From the NCBI GenBank assembly GCA_944376335.1, contig CALWCH010000003.1:55781-119780 (forward strand): DNA of 64,000 nucleotides, in the 5' to 3' direction. Under the pieces are notes generated by a model. It had not been told where the DNA came from. It saw nothing but the letters and a program-made list of their open reading frames with translations, and did not search any database. A program made the position numbers and the translations under genes. Every line of letters starts with the position of its first letter. Positions within the stretch are counted from its first letter, which is position 1. The stretch comes from an uncultured Clostridia bacterium. Its GTDB lineage: Bacteria > Bacillota > Clostridia > Christensenellales > Borkfalkiaceae. Positions 8,409 through 19,400 of this stretch are shown one piece after another.

Positions 8409-10571
8409 ATGAAAGCCGCCGAAAAGATACTCTTACTATTGCTGTCCGTGCTCGCCGTCGCCTTTTTGGCGCTCGTGCTCTATGCCTTCCTCTCCACGGC
8501 GGGCGCAAAGCTCGACGAGAAAAAGCTCTCCCTCGAAAGGACGCAGGTGCAGCTTTTGGACTGCGCGGGAGAGGTCATCGAGACCCCGCAGGGAAAGGTC
8601 TGCTATGAGGACTTTCCTTCGCACCTTCCTGAGGCCTTTATCGCCGTCGAGGACAAGCGCTTCTATGAGCACCACGGCCTCGACATCCTCCGCATTGGAA
8701 AGGCCGCCCTCAAAAATCTTGCCTCGTTCTCCTTTCGCGAGGGCGCCTCGACCATTTCCCAGCAGCTCATCAAAAATACCCATTTGACGCACGAAAAGAA
8801 GCTCTCGCGCAAGTTCAAGGAGTGGAAACTCACCCTTGCGCTTGAAAAGAAGTATTCGAAGGAGCAAATTATGGAGCTTTATTTAAACTCCATCTACTTC
8901 GGGCACAGCGCATTCGGGGTGGAGCGCGCCGCAAGTTACTACTTCGCAAAGCATGTGAGCGAGCTTGAACCCGCCGAAAGCGCCCTTCTTGCAGCCCTCG
9001 TGCGCTCCCCCAACCGCTATTCTCCCTTCCGCGACAAAGAAGCGTGCAAGGCGCGGCGCGACTTTGTCCTCTCCCTCATGGAAGAGCAGGGCTTTCTTTC
9101 GGCGGAGGAAGCGGCATCGGCAAAGGAGACCCCCCTTCCCCTCTCCCCCCACGAGAATAAAACGGTGAGCTACGTCTCCCTCGTCTTTGAGGAGCTCTCT
9201 GCGCTCTTTCCCGAGCTCTCCACGGGGGAAACCCTCACGGTGGAGACGTACTTCTCGCCCGCGCTCCAAGCGGAAATGGAGGCGTTTGAAAGCGAAACGG
9301 ACTGCGTTCTCATGGCAGCCGACAACAAAACGCGCGGCCTTGTTGCCTACCGCTCGACCGTGGGCGAAATTCGCCGCACGCCCGCCTCGCTCATCAAGCC
9401 GCTCGCCGTCTATGCCCCCGCCCTCGAGGAAGGGCTTCTCTCCCCCGCCACACCCCTCTTGGACGAAAGGACCGACTTTGGCGGCTACTCCCCAAAAAAT
9501 TACGACGGCAAGTGCCTCGGCTATGTGAGCGCCCGCGACGCGCTTGCAAAGAGCCTGAATATCCCCGCCGTCAAGGTCTTAAACAGCCTCACGCCAAAAA
9601 GGAGCGCGGAATACCTGAAAAAGATGGGTCTCCCCGTTTTAAAAGAGGACGCGACGCTCGCCCTTGCCCTCGGCGGCATGAGAGAGGGCTTTACGATGCA
9701 GGAGCTTATCTCCGCCTATATGACGCTTATCAACGGCGAATTTGCGCCCGCCCGCACCATTCAACGCGTCCTCGATGCAAACGGAAAGCCGCTCTACGAG
9801 CGGCAAAAGGTGAGAGAGCGCGTCTTTTCGGAGGGCGCGGCGTATCTTATCACCGATATGCTCCACACCGCCGCAAAAGAGGGCACGGCGAAGAAACTCC
9901 GCTCCCTTTCCTTCTATGTGAGCGCCAAGACGGGCACGGGCGGCACGGAAAAGGGCAACACGGACGCCTACGCCCTCGGCTATACCACGGCGCACACCGT
10001 GGGCGTCTGGCTGGGCAACGGGGATAATTCCCCCATCATGGCGACAGGCGGCGGCGTGCCCGCAAACGAGCTCTATACCCTTCTGAAATCGCTCTATCAA
10101 GAGAACGCCCCCGCCGCCCCCGAAAAGCCCAAGAGCGTTATCGAGGCGGCGCTCGACAGCGAGGAATACAATACTGCCCACAAGATGGTGCTCTTCGACC
10201 CCGAAGGGCCCGCCTACCTTGCAAAGAGGGAGCTGTTCCTCGAACAGTTCGCCCCCAAGACGGTGAGCGAGAAGTTCTCCCGCCCCCAAATCGAGACGCC
10301 GCACATCGCGCTCAAAAACGGCACGGTGTGCATTCAGCTTCCCCCCTCCGAATACTACGAGTATGAGATCACGCGCACGGGCGGAGGAAAGACGGAGACC
10401 ATCTACCGCGGCAAGTGGCAGAGCATCATCTCGGACGGCGGCATTCAAGCGGGCATAGAGTATCTCTACACCGTCACCCCGTATTACGGGGAGAGAGCGG
10501 GCGAGCCCGTAACGCTTCCCGCCGTCATCTTGAAGGAGAGCGCCCTCCCCGACGATTGGTGGGAGGAATAG
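8409..10571 (+). CDS. Class A penicillin-binding protein (glycosyltransferase + transpeptidase)
   Basis: Trimmed to ATG 8409, 720 aa. Signal-anchor MKAAEKILLLLLSVLAVAFLALVLYAFL. GT51 motifs EDKRFYEHHGLD and RKFKEWKLTLALEKKYSKEQIMELYLN. Transpeptidase SLIK (SxxK) and KTGT. Confidence 0.9.
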   Translation: MKAAEKILLLLLSVLAVAFLALVLYAFLSTAGAKLDEKKLSLERTQVQLLDCAGEVIETPQGKVCYEDFPSHLPEAFIAVEDKRFYEHHGLDILRIGKAALKNLASFSFREGASTISQQLIKNTHLTHEKKLSRKFKEWKLTLALEKKYSKEQIMELYLNSIYFGHSAFGVERAASYYFAKHVSELEPAESALLAALVRSPNRYSPFRDKEACKARRDFVLSLMEEQGFLSAEEAASAKETPLPLSPHENKTVSYVSLVFEELSALFPELSTGETLTVETYFSPALQAEMEAFESETDCVLMAADNKTRGLVAYRSTVGEIRRTPASLIKPLAVYAPALEEGLLSPATPLLDERTDFGGYSPKNYDGKCLGYVSARDALAKSLNIPAVKVLNSLTPKRSAEYLKKMGLPVLKEDATLALALGGMREGFTMQELISAYMTLINGEFAPARTIQRVLDANGKPLYERQKVRERVFSEGAAYLITDMLHTAAKEGTAKKLRSLSFYVSAKTGTGGTEKGNTDAYALGYTTAHTVGVWLGNGDNSPIMATGGGVPANELYTLLKSLYQENAPAAPEKPKSVIEAALDSEEYNTAHKMVLFDPEGPAYLAKRELFLEQFAPKTVSEKFSRPQIETPHIALKNGTVCIQLPPSEYYEYEITRTGGGKTETIYRGKWQSIISDGGIQAGIEYLYTVTPYYGERAGEPVTLPAVILKESALPDDWWEE

Positions 10572-10615
10572 GCAAAATATCGCCGCCGCTTCACAAATTT
10601 TTTACCCGCACATGA

Positions 10616-10643
10616 AAAATCTCCCGCAGCAGCGGGAGATTTT
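10616..10643. terminator. Bidirectional rho-independent terminator between convergent PBP and ABC permease genes
   Basis: Perfect 12-bp stem aaaatctcccgc / gcgggagatttt with agca loop. T-runs follow the hairpin on both strands. Confidence 0.75.
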
Positions 10644-10644
10644 C

Positions 10645-11490
10645 TCAGCCTTTGACGCCGCCCACCGTGACGCCGTTGATGAGCACCTTCTGGAAGCAGA
10701 AGAAGAGCACGGCGCAGGGGATGAGCATGACGGTCGCCGCCGCCATCTGAACGTTGGCAGGGGGTATGGAACCGGCGTTGTTGACGTAGCGGTAGTAAAG
10801 GCCAAGCGAAAGGTTGTACATTGCCGGCTCATTGATGTAGAGCAGCGGCGTCATGAAGTCGTTCCAACAGCCGATGAAGGACGTCAGCATCACATAGCCC
10901 ACGATGGGCAGGCACATGGGCATGATGATGAGCGCATAGACGACGAACTTATTCGCCCCGTCCATCTTTGCCGCATCGCAGATGGAATCGGGAATGCCGC
11001 GCATGTACTGCCGCATGAGAAAGATGTTGAGCGCGCCTCCGCCGAAGAAGCCGGGAACGATGAGGGGCAGCCAGGAGTTGGTCCACCCCATCGCATAATA
11101 CATTTTATAGAGGGGGATCTGCATGCAGATGGAGGGCAGCATGAGCGTTGCAAGCACCAAAGAGAAGCACAGCTCCCTGCCCTTGAAGCGCAGTTTGGCA
11201 AAGCCGTATGCGCACAGACTGGAGGAGAGCGTGATCCCCAGCATGCTGACGACCCCGATGATGAGTGTGTTCTTCAGCCACCAGAAGTACTCGGCGTCGA
11301 GCGCATCGAGGAAAGGCTGAATGGTGAACTCACTCGGGAAGAGCAGGCCGAAGCGGATGTCCTGATCGGTCATGAAGGACTTGAAGATCATCTCCAGCAC
11401 GGGGAAGAGGAAGAGCACGGCGAGCACGACGAGGAAGAGATATTTGAGCGTCAAGCCGATCGCCCGTTTTGCCTTGATGGAACTTCTCAT
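10645..11490 (-). CDS. Carbohydrate ABC transporter permease
   Basis: Trimmed to ATG 11488-11490 (ATGA overlap with upstream permease stop), 281 aa. Multi-TM. EAA-type loop DAAKMDGANKFVVYALIIMP. Confidence 0.9.
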   Translation of the reverse strand: MRSSIKAKRAIGLTLKYLFLVVLAVLFLFPVLEMIFKSFMTDQDIRFGLLFPSEFTIQPFLDALDAEYFWWLKNTLIIGVVSMLGITLSSSLCAYGFAKLRFKGRELCFSLVLATLMLPSICMQIPLYKMYYAMGWTNSWLPLIVPGFFGGGALNIFLMRQYMRGIPDSICDAAKMDGANKFVVYALIIMPMCLPIVGYVMLTSFIGCWNDFMTPLLYINEPAMYNLSLGLYYRYVNNAGSIPPANVQMAAATVMLIPCAVLFFCFQKVLINGVTVGGVKG

Positions 11491-12401
11491 ACGTCCTCCC
11501 CGTAGTACACCCACTTGTTGAATTTGAACGTGACGGCGCTCAAAGCGGCGATGATGATGAACAGGATCCAGCTCAGCGCGCACGCCATGGACAGGTCGGT
11601 GCTGTTGTAGTAGTCGTAGATCTGCACGACGATGAAGTCGAGTGCCTCTTTGCCGCTCGGCTCGATGTTGAGCGTGATGACGTTGGAGAACACCTGCAGC
11701 GAATTGATGATGCCCGTGATGAGATTATAGAAGATGATGGGCGTGCACATGGGGATGGTGATGGAAACGAGCTTGACGAACGCATTCGCGCCCTCGAGAT
11801 CCGCGACTTCATACATCGTATCGGGAATGGATTTGATCTGCGCGATCCAAAGGATCATGCTGCTCCCGATCGTAAAGAACCCCATGACGATGAAGGTGAA
11901 CATTGCCGTGCTCTCCGAATCGTAGAAGGGAAAGGACGGGATGCCGCAGGCATTGAGGATCATGTTGAATGCGCTCATATCCGAGCCATTGGCAAGCATC
12001 GACCACAAAATGCCGCTGACCACCGTCGGGATCATGACGGGAAGATAGTAGATGACACGGAACACCTTGATACCCTTGATGTCCTTCGTGAGCAGGAATG
12101 CCAGCCCGAAGGAGAGGACGAGGGTGAGCGGCAGCGAGATGACCGTGAAGAGGAAGGTTATTCCGATCGACTTGCCGATCTCCGGCCAATAGACGCCGAA
12201 GAGATCGATATAGTTCTGCAGTCCGACCCACTCCCCCGTTCCCTTGACCGTCGTGTAGGTGCGCGTGAAGCTGAATATGAGCGACGACACCATCGGGAAG
12301 AGCGTAAAGATGAGGATCCCGAGGACGACGGGCAGAATGAACGCGAACGAGGTCAGCCAGTCGCAGATCTTCGCTTTTTTATTTTGTGTGAATGCTCTCA
12401 T
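11487..12401 (-). CDS. Carbohydrate ABC transporter permease
   Basis: Trimmed to ATG 12399-12401 (AGGAGG RBS), 304 aa. Multi-TM. EAA-type loop EVADLEGANAFVKLVSITIP. Confidence 0.9.
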   Translation of the reverse strand: MRAFTQNKKAKICDWLTSFAFILPVVLGILIFTLFPMVSSLIFSFTRTYTTVKGTGEWVGLQNYIDLFGVYWPEIGKSIGITFLFTVISLPLTLVLSFGLAFLLTKDIKGIKVFRVIYYLPVMIPTVVSGILWSMLANGSDMSAFNMILNACGIPSFPFYDSESTAMFTFIVMGFFTIGSSMILWIAQIKSIPDTMYEVADLEGANAFVKLVSITIPMCTPIIFYNLITGIINSLQVFSNVITLNIEPSGKEALDFIVVQIYDYYNSTDLSMACALSWILFIIIAALSAVTFKFNKWVYYGEDV

Positions 12402-12457
12402 GAAAACCTCCTGCGGCATGCCCCGAGCCTTCCCGGGGCGTACCGCACAGCGTACTC

Positions 12458-13972
12458 TCAGTTTGCCGCGTTGATGCGCACCATCATAACGTTCTTGTAC
12501 TCATCCACCTTGGCATAGATCTCTTTGTAGTTGTTCCTGTCGATGGGAAGCGTCAGATCGGCGGGCCAGAAGCTGTCCTTCACGACGTAGGTCATGATGG
12601 AGATGCAGTTGTCGCTCACCGTCTTCTGAGCGGTCGCGGGGAAGGAATAGATGTCGTTGACCGCCATCGTCTGCTGCCCCTCGACGTCGAGGACGAACGC
12701 CTCGTGGTTGATGTCGGCGCTGCCGTACTCCAGCCAGGTGCCCTTGTCCTTCATGGACATGAGGGAGGGAACGCCCATGCCCGTCTCACCGATGGCGTTC
12801 TGACCATCCTCGCTTGCGATGTACTTGAGGAAGAGCCAGCCGTAATCGGCGTTGGTCATCTTTTCATTCGTCCCCTCCTTGGTCTCGGCATATTCCGAAA
12901 CGCGCGTCTCCGCGAGCGTGGTGATCGCATACCCCGTGCAGCCGACGCCGACGTAATCGAACGGGAAGGGCAGAAAGTCCACTTCAAAGGTCGCATTGGC
13001 GGAGTTGACTTCCCCCCACGAGGGGCGGGTGGTGAACCACATCGCCGCCTGGCTGTTGGGGAATGCCGCCGCACCGCTCGATGCAAGCGTCTGCTTGACA
13101 TAGCCCGGCTTTGCAAGGTTTTCATAGAAGGAGCGGTATGCCTGCATGGTCTCGTCCGAGTCCACGCTGAGCATGGCGTTGTAGTCGGGCTCTTCGCCCT
13201 CCCCCGCCTTGTCGAGACTGATCATGCTCCCGCCGTAGTGGCGCAATATGGGCTCGTAGGCGGGATACCAGTTGTAGCGCGCATCCACCGCGACCGTGCC
13301 GCGGATGAGGCCGGCGACCTTTTCTTCCTGCGGAACGGAGGAAGGGTCTGCCGCGTTCTCGGCCACCTTTTTGGTGACTGCGGCGCAGACCTCATAGAAG
13401 GTCTCGAGATCCCACGCCTCCTTGAGCGCCTCGAAGGAGCCGTATCCCGCATACATCTGCCCGTTTTCCCCGGGCACAAGGGCGAGCATGGTCTTGTTGA
13501 CGAAGGTGACGACCTTGTTGTAGTCACGCGGCATGAACCAGATCCCCTCGTCCGTACTGTCGTAGTGCGTCGTCTCGATGAGTTCGGGATAGATATCGTC
13601 GAAGGAGAAGGTATCGTCTGCCTCGTCATAGGCGCGCAGGTCGACGAAGTGCCCGCGGGAGGAATAGGCCGCGTGCTGATCGCCGGGCGCAAAGACGACA
13701 TCGGGGAAGGTGGAGTTCTGAACGTAGTTGTTCATGCCCGTCGCATAGTCACCGGGGATGGCCTCAAGCTGTACGACGACATTGGGATACTTCTCCTGAA
13801 AGCCGTTCTTATACTTGCGGAAGATCTCCTGTTCCGTCGTGCTGCCCAGAACGCCCACTTCGATGACGACTTTGCCGTCCTGTTCCTCCGGTTCTTCCTC
13901 AAACGGGTTGGTGCAGGCGGTGAGTCCGAGACACATGACCGCCGCCAAAAGAATACCGAAAAACTTTTTCAT
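12458..13972 (-). CDS. ABC transporter extracellular solute-binding lipoprotein (sugar family)
   Basis: Trimmed to ATG 13970-13972, 504 aa. Lipobox MKKFFGILLAAVMCLGLTAC. Sits directly upstream of two sugar-type permeases. Confidence 0.85.
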   Translation of the reverse strand: MKKFFGILLAAVMCLGLTACTNPFEEEPEEQDGKVVIEVGVLGSTTEQEIFRKYKNGFQEKYPNVVVQLEAIPGDYATGMNNYVQNSTFPDVVFAPGDQHAAYSSRGHFVDLRAYDEADDTFSFDDIYPELIETTHYDSTDEGIWFMPRDYNKVVTFVNKTMLALVPGENGQMYAGYGSFEALKEAWDLETFYEVCAAVTKKVAENAADPSSVPQEEKVAGLIRGTVAVDARYNWYPAYEPILRHYGGSMISLDKAGEGEEPDYNAMLSVDSDETMQAYRSFYENLAKPGYVKQTLASSGAAAFPNSQAAMWFTTRPSWGEVNSANATFEVDFLPFPFDYVGVGCTGYAITTLAETRVSEYAETKEGTNEKMTNADYGWLFLKYIASEDGQNAIGETGMGVPSLMSMKDKGTWLEYGSADINHEAFVLDVEGQQTMAVNDIYSFPATAQKTVSDNCISIMTYVVKDSFWPADLTLPIDRNNYKEIYAKVDEYKNVMMVRINAAN

Positions 13973-13990
13973 AATACCACCCAATCTTGT

Positions 13991-16459
13991 TTATTTTACC
14001 TGGATCTTGCAGGCCTTGAAGGGAACGGTCACGGTGACCGTATTTCCCTCCGTCACATAGTCGGACGTGGGAACGCCGTCGACATACACCCGCTGCCCCT
14101 CCGAGAAGGGAAGGGTGACGGAGAGCGAAAGCCCCGTCGGGAATCCCTTGACGTAGGAGACCTGGACAAAGTCCTTCCCCACACTCAGATCGTAGTTGAC
14201 GCCGCGGTACTGCAGGTTTTCCATCTTCCACCAGTCGAGCGAATCGGGGATGGACGGTGCCACGGAGAGCACGTTGTATTCCTCGCTGCCGATGCCGAAG
14301 AAGCCGTAAGGGATGGCGGCAAGCAGGAGCGCCGACTCGAGGAATTCCTCATCCAGCCCGATGCCGCCCGCAGTCCCCGCACCCTGCATGATGATGCCGC
14401 GCTGCGAGTAATACTCACGGTAGAAATTCTTGGGGGCAGTCTCGTCGATATTTGCCTCATCCGCGACCGCCTTGACCTTCTCGTACCACGTCTGGATGCC
14501 CTTGAGCCGTTCGAATGCATCATCCGCACCGTAGGTCGAGATGCGGCTCATGAGATCGTAATAACTCAGATACATGATGGCGCCGCCGTCCTGCACCTGT
14601 CCGCCGAAGGCGTTGTTGCCCGCCCAGTTCCAGACGTACTGATTGATGTTCTTCACGGTCGTCGATCGGGGCGCGAACTCGAAATCGTAGATGCCGAGCG
14701 TTCCCGTATCCGCAAAGGAGCCGTCCTCGTTGAGGCGGGTGCCCTGATAGCCCGACGCATAGTTGCCCTGGCGCGCATCCTCGCTGTTGCCGGGGGCGTT
14801 CTGCGCGTCCTCTTCGACGATGCGCTTGCCGCTCACCCAGTCCATGATCGCCGTCGCCTGTTCGTCGGTGCAGATGCCGGCGGCAACTGCCTCGAGGTTG
14901 AACATGATGAACCCGTAGTCGATGACCTCGCCGTAGAGGTCGAAGCCCTCGATGAACCTGCCCTTCTCTTCATCCCAGAAGCCCGTCTTGGCATTTGTAT
15001 CCACGGGCGCCTGAAGGGCGGTGCGGATGGTGCCGAGCAGCTCTTCGAGGCTCTCTGCCGTCTCGTCGTAGGTGAAGCTCCCCTCCTGCCCCGACGAATA
15101 GTCGCCGTTTGCAACGGTGGGCATCTCCGCCTCGATGCCGGCGGCCTCCGCCATCCGCTCGAGATAGAGCATGGAATCGATCGCCTTATAGTAGTAGATG
15201 TTGGTATAAAAGCCGTCGGGCGCGCAGGAGATGATATCCCAATAGCCGTTGCCGATGCTGTTGGCATACTCCGATTCCTTGTTGGTGCCGCCCTCATGCC
15301 CGACGAAGAAGTCGCGCATGGAGATGAGCCCGTCCTCTCCGCCGCAGACGCCGATGAGGAATTCCGCCGCCTTACGGAAGCGCGCGAGGTTGTTCTGAAG
15401 ATACTCGTTGTCTCCCGTATATTCATAGTACATCCTGGCGGCGCGGAGCAGGAGCGCGTTGTTGTTGGTCTGGCGCGTATCGTACTGCCCGCGGACGTAG
15501 TTCAGGCTGATGCCGCCGTTGACCTTGACGCCGTCCTTCGCCTTGACCGTGATGCGCAGGCGGGTGATGGCGTCCGCAGGCTCGTTGGACCTGCCCCAAT
15601 CGGAGTTGAGATACATGGGAAGGTAGAACTTCTTGCTGAAGGTTGCGCCGATGTCGGTCACATAGGTCGCATAGTCCTTGTAGGAGACCTGATACCATGT
15701 ATCGCTCTTCGCGTTCTGCCACTCCACGATGATGTCGTCGAATCCGCTATTAGCGCCGATGCTGTCGTAGTCGTTGAGGCGGATATCGATCTCGAGGAAG
15801 GGCGCGTGCTTGGGGATGAGATAGGTGCCCGTTGCCGAGGAAGTGAACTCCACCGTCTCGATGCGGGAGCTCTCCACCGACATGAGGCCGGAGACGATGG
15901 TGGGCGTCGTCGTGCTGCCGTTGAGCCTGACCTCCCAGCCCTCGTCCATGCCGTTGTCGTCCCACTCCCAGCCCTGGCTGTTGCCGTAGCTCAAAGAGTA
16001 GTCGGGGAAGGGCCAGCCCTGCCCGAAATAGGTCGCCGCAGCAAAGTAGTTGGGCTGCAGTTCTTCTTTGTTCGACCATACATAGCCGTACTTGTCGACG
16101 GGAACATTGGTCGTCCAGTCCTCGATCATCGCATAGCGGTCATCGGGGACGGAGGAAGCGGAGTCGAAGTACATGAGGCTCATCGCCTCCCACTCCTTAT
16201 TGAACATGACGGACGAACCGAGCGAGAGGCTGCCGATCCTGAGGTCGTCATAGCGGAGATGGCGATGAAGGTAGTCGTTGAGGAAGTTGTCCAGCCCCTC
16301 GTCGGAAGAGGAGAATTTGAGCATCGTCGACGTCCCCTGCTCGCGCTCGTAGACATAGTCGTCGCCGCTGAAGGACGGCGTGCCCTGTTGGGTGCAGGCG
16401 GCCGCCGAAAAGAGCATAACCGCTGCGCACCCGAGCCCCAGTATTTTCACAAACTTCAT
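13991..16459 (-). CDS. Secreted lipoprotein, putative (alpha/alpha)6-type glycoside hydrolase; family undetermined
   Basis: 822 aa. Lipobox MKFVKILGLGCAAVMLFSAAAC. Central region (LLRAARMYYEYTGDNEYLQNNLARFRKAAEFL...GYWDIISC...YYYKAIDSMLYLERMAE) reads like a six-hairpin glycosidase. GGAAGGA RBS. Lies in a glycan-utilisation operon. Confidence 0.55.
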   Translation of the reverse strand: MKFVKILGLGCAAVMLFSAAACTQQGTPSFSGDDYVYEREQGTSTMLKFSSSDEGLDNFLNDYLHRHLRYDDLRIGSLSLGSSVMFNKEWEAMSLMYFDSASSVPDDRYAMIEDWTTNVPVDKYGYVWSNKEELQPNYFAAATYFGQGWPFPDYSLSYGNSQGWEWDDNGMDEGWEVRLNGSTTTPTIVSGLMSVESSRIETVEFTSSATGTYLIPKHAPFLEIDIRLNDYDSIGANSGFDDIIVEWQNAKSDTWYQVSYKDYATYVTDIGATFSKKFYLPMYLNSDWGRSNEPADAITRLRITVKAKDGVKVNGGISLNYVRGQYDTRQTNNNALLLRAARMYYEYTGDNEYLQNNLARFRKAAEFLIGVCGGEDGLISMRDFFVGHEGGTNKESEYANSIGNGYWDIISCAPDGFYTNIYYYKAIDSMLYLERMAEAAGIEAEMPTVANGDYSSGQEGSFTYDETAESLEELLGTIRTALQAPVDTNAKTGFWDEEKGRFIEGFDLYGEVIDYGFIMFNLEAVAAGICTDEQATAIMDWVSGKRIVEEDAQNAPGNSEDARQGNYASGYQGTRLNEDGSFADTGTLGIYDFEFAPRSTTVKNINQYVWNWAGNNAFGGQVQDGGAIMYLSYYDLMSRISTYGADDAFERLKGIQTWYEKVKAVADEANIDETAPKNFYREYYSQRGIIMQGAGTAGGIGLDEEFLESALLLAAIPYGFFGIGSEEYNVLSVAPSIPDSLDWWKMENLQYRGVNYDLSVGKDFVQVSYVKGFPTGLSLSVTLPFSEGQRVYVDGVPTSDYVTEGNTVTVTVPFKACKIQVK

Positions 16460-16460
16460 A

Positions 16461-19400
16461 TCATTTTCCTTCCTTCTTTTTCTTTACGACGAGAACGATG
16501 ATGACCGCAGCTGCCGCAACGATCACGACGCCGCCGACGCACAGCCCGACGATGAGCCCCGTGTTGACGGGTTCCTCGGCGGGTGCAGGCGTCTGTTCCG
16601 CCGTCACGTTGACCGTGAAGGTGAAGCTCACCGTCCTGCCGCTGCCGTCCGTCGTCTGCGCCACGAGGGAGACGGTGTTCTCGCCCTCCCGAAGGGTACC
16701 GCCCTCGAGCGTCCATTCGGGCTGAATGCCGTCCTTGAAGGCGACCGTGAAGAGGTCCTTGTCGAGCTCGGTGACGCCCGTGAGAAAGAGCGTGCCGCCC
16801 TCTTCGATGACGGTGCCGTTGTAGGCGACTGCCTCAAACTCGATGTCGGAGATGACTTCCTCCTCGATGACTTCCACGAACCTGCCCTCGTCCTTGCTGT
16901 AGGTGAAGGTGTAGTCACGGTCGAGCCTGCAGAGCGTGGGAACGGTGAAGCCCTCGCGGAAGGTGATCGTCCACTGAGGATCGGGATCGCCGATGTTGAT
17001 CGCATAGGGCGTGGGTTGGCCGAACGTGCCGTCATCCTGGTCGACAGACGTCGCACGGAAGACGATCTGGATCTCGTTCTGATTGTAGTGCACCATGACG
17101 ACGTTGACGGGGCGGTAGGCGGGGTTGTCCTCCGTTGCCATCAGCTCCTCGATGGTCATGCCGTTGAACTCGATCTTGGTCAGGCAGTCACGGATGAATC
17201 CATAGCTTGCAAGGCGGTTGATGGTCGCCGTCGTATAGCCGAGGTCGACGCCCGAGAGCCACTCCGCACCCGCATTGATGTGGTTGTATTGGGCATCCGT
17301 GATATTCTTGTCGAAGTACACCTTGAAGGCGATGTTGCCGTCCGTATCGACGGAGACGGGGTTGTCCACCCGCACGACGGCGAGGCTGTCGTATTCCACA
17401 GACGAGAGGTCGACGTCGTTGCACCAGAAGCCGTACTCATACTTATACTTGACGCCCTGCGCGATGACGCCGCTGTCGCGGGGAACGGTGAAGCCGTCCG
17501 CAACCGCCACGCGCACCGTCTCGATGATGCTGCCGTCCTCATTCACGATACCGCCCTGATCGACGGGGATCTTGGCGCTCACATAGATGGAGAGATACTT
17601 GTCGTCGCCGAAGAAGATCTGCACCGCATTCTCGATGGGCTCGCCGTCCGCATCCGTCGCCGCAAGCAGCTCCTCGATGGTCCTGCCGTTGATGGTGATG
17701 TAGTCGCGGATCCAGTCCTCGCCGGTGAGGTCCTCGAACAGCTCGTACCTATCCCCTCTCACGTTCTTGGTGAAGGTGAGGTTGAAACCGTATGCATCGC
17801 GGTTGGAATCATAGGTAAACTGCTGCATGCCCGCAAAGCCGAGGTCGATGTCCTCGTCCGCCTCGTAGCTGTCCGTCACCGTGACATTGATCGTCACCTT
17901 TCCGTCCGTCGAGACGCACTCGAAGATGTAGTAATGTGCAAGTTCCGCCACCTTGCTCGCATTGGGCGAAGAGGGAATATCGTTGTAGAGCGGCATCCCC
18001 TTGAGAAGGACGAAGCGGTCGCCCACATTCCACTGCCCCTGCGGCAGCTGCACCTGCAGCGTATCGGCGTTGTTCACCTGAATGATGGGCGCAGACGTTG
18101 CCATCTGAGAGAGCAGCTGGCCGTTGATCATGACGTACTCTTTGACGTCGGCAGAATCCTGGATGGGGAAACTGGGGATGTCGGTCAGCGAGGAAAGCGG
18201 CGCCGCGATGTTGACGAAGGCATTTTGGGTGCCGCTTTCGATGCCGCCCTCGAGTTCCTGCCCGTCCGTCAGGCCGAGCTCAAACTGCTGCAGCACGACG
18301 GTCGCGCTCCAAGATTCACCCGACCACTCGAAGGACTGCTCCTCCGTGGTGACAAAGCCCGAAGGGAACTCCAGCCCGGGAAGGATGGTGACGACGGTGC
18401 CCGCGCCCAGCTTGTTGTCGCCCGGCTGCACGACGCCCGCTCTGCCGTCGATCCAGAGGGTGATGAAATCTTCGCCCTCAAAGACGGCGCGCGCCGTTGC
18501 GTAGATGGGAGCATCCGCAGAGCCGACGTTGATCTGAGCGATCTCGGCGAGCGTCTTGCCGTTGACTTCGATGTAGTTGTTCAGCCATGCCTCGCCGCCC
18601 ACTTCGGCGTTGGCCTCATAGTCGCCGCGCACGCTCTCGCTGAAGCGGATCTGCATGCCGTAGAGATTGTTCGCCGCATCGTAGTGGCCGAGCGACATCC
18701 CGGCGACCGAGACGGGACGCGCCTCGCCCGCCTGCGTCTTGCTCATCGTAAACGCGCCTGCGCCGTAGGTGAGCGTGTAGTTGGCGTCCAGCGCATAGGT
18801 ATTACCCGCGCTGTCCTGGAACGTGAACCCGTAGGGAAGGAACACGACGTCCCCTTCCTGCCAGGTCCAGTTCCCCTCATTCTTGAGGATCTGAACGGTG
18901 TTGGAAAGTGCGACGTTGAAGTATCCGAGCTCCGTGAGCGGCGTGCCGTTGATCGTGATGGAGGCAACATTGCGCTCCTCGCAGCCGCCCTCGCTCACGT
19001 TGTACGTCGTATTCATATTGATGAAGTTACCGTCCGAACCGACATTGACAAGGCCGATCTGCGCCGCAAAGGTGCAGGCACCGCTCTCGTCCACCGCATT
19101 GACGTAGAAGCCGAAGTCACGGGTGAGCTTGAAGAGCGCCGTGCCCGACGCGTCGTAGACGGTGAACCCTTCGAGGAAAGTGACGGTATCGCCCACCTTC
19201 CACGAGAAGGAATTGCCCTCGGTGGGAAGAAGACCGATGCTCTGAATGACGCCGACACCCTCGACATTGCCCTCAAGGACATAGAGCATGGCGTTTGCCT
19301 CGGCGATGGACTTGCCGTTGACGAGCACGTTGTCGACAGCCGTGCTCTGCGTGATCTGATAGCCAGCCTCGGGAATGCCCTCGATGGTCTGGTTGAGCAT

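Noticed and set aside
12420-12457. Short stem (gccccg...cggggc on the minus strand) between the SBP and first permease genes, as an intercistronic mRNA-stabilising hairpin.
   Set aside because: The stem is only 5-6 bp with a long loop. It is plausible for ABC operons but too weak to report as a feature.
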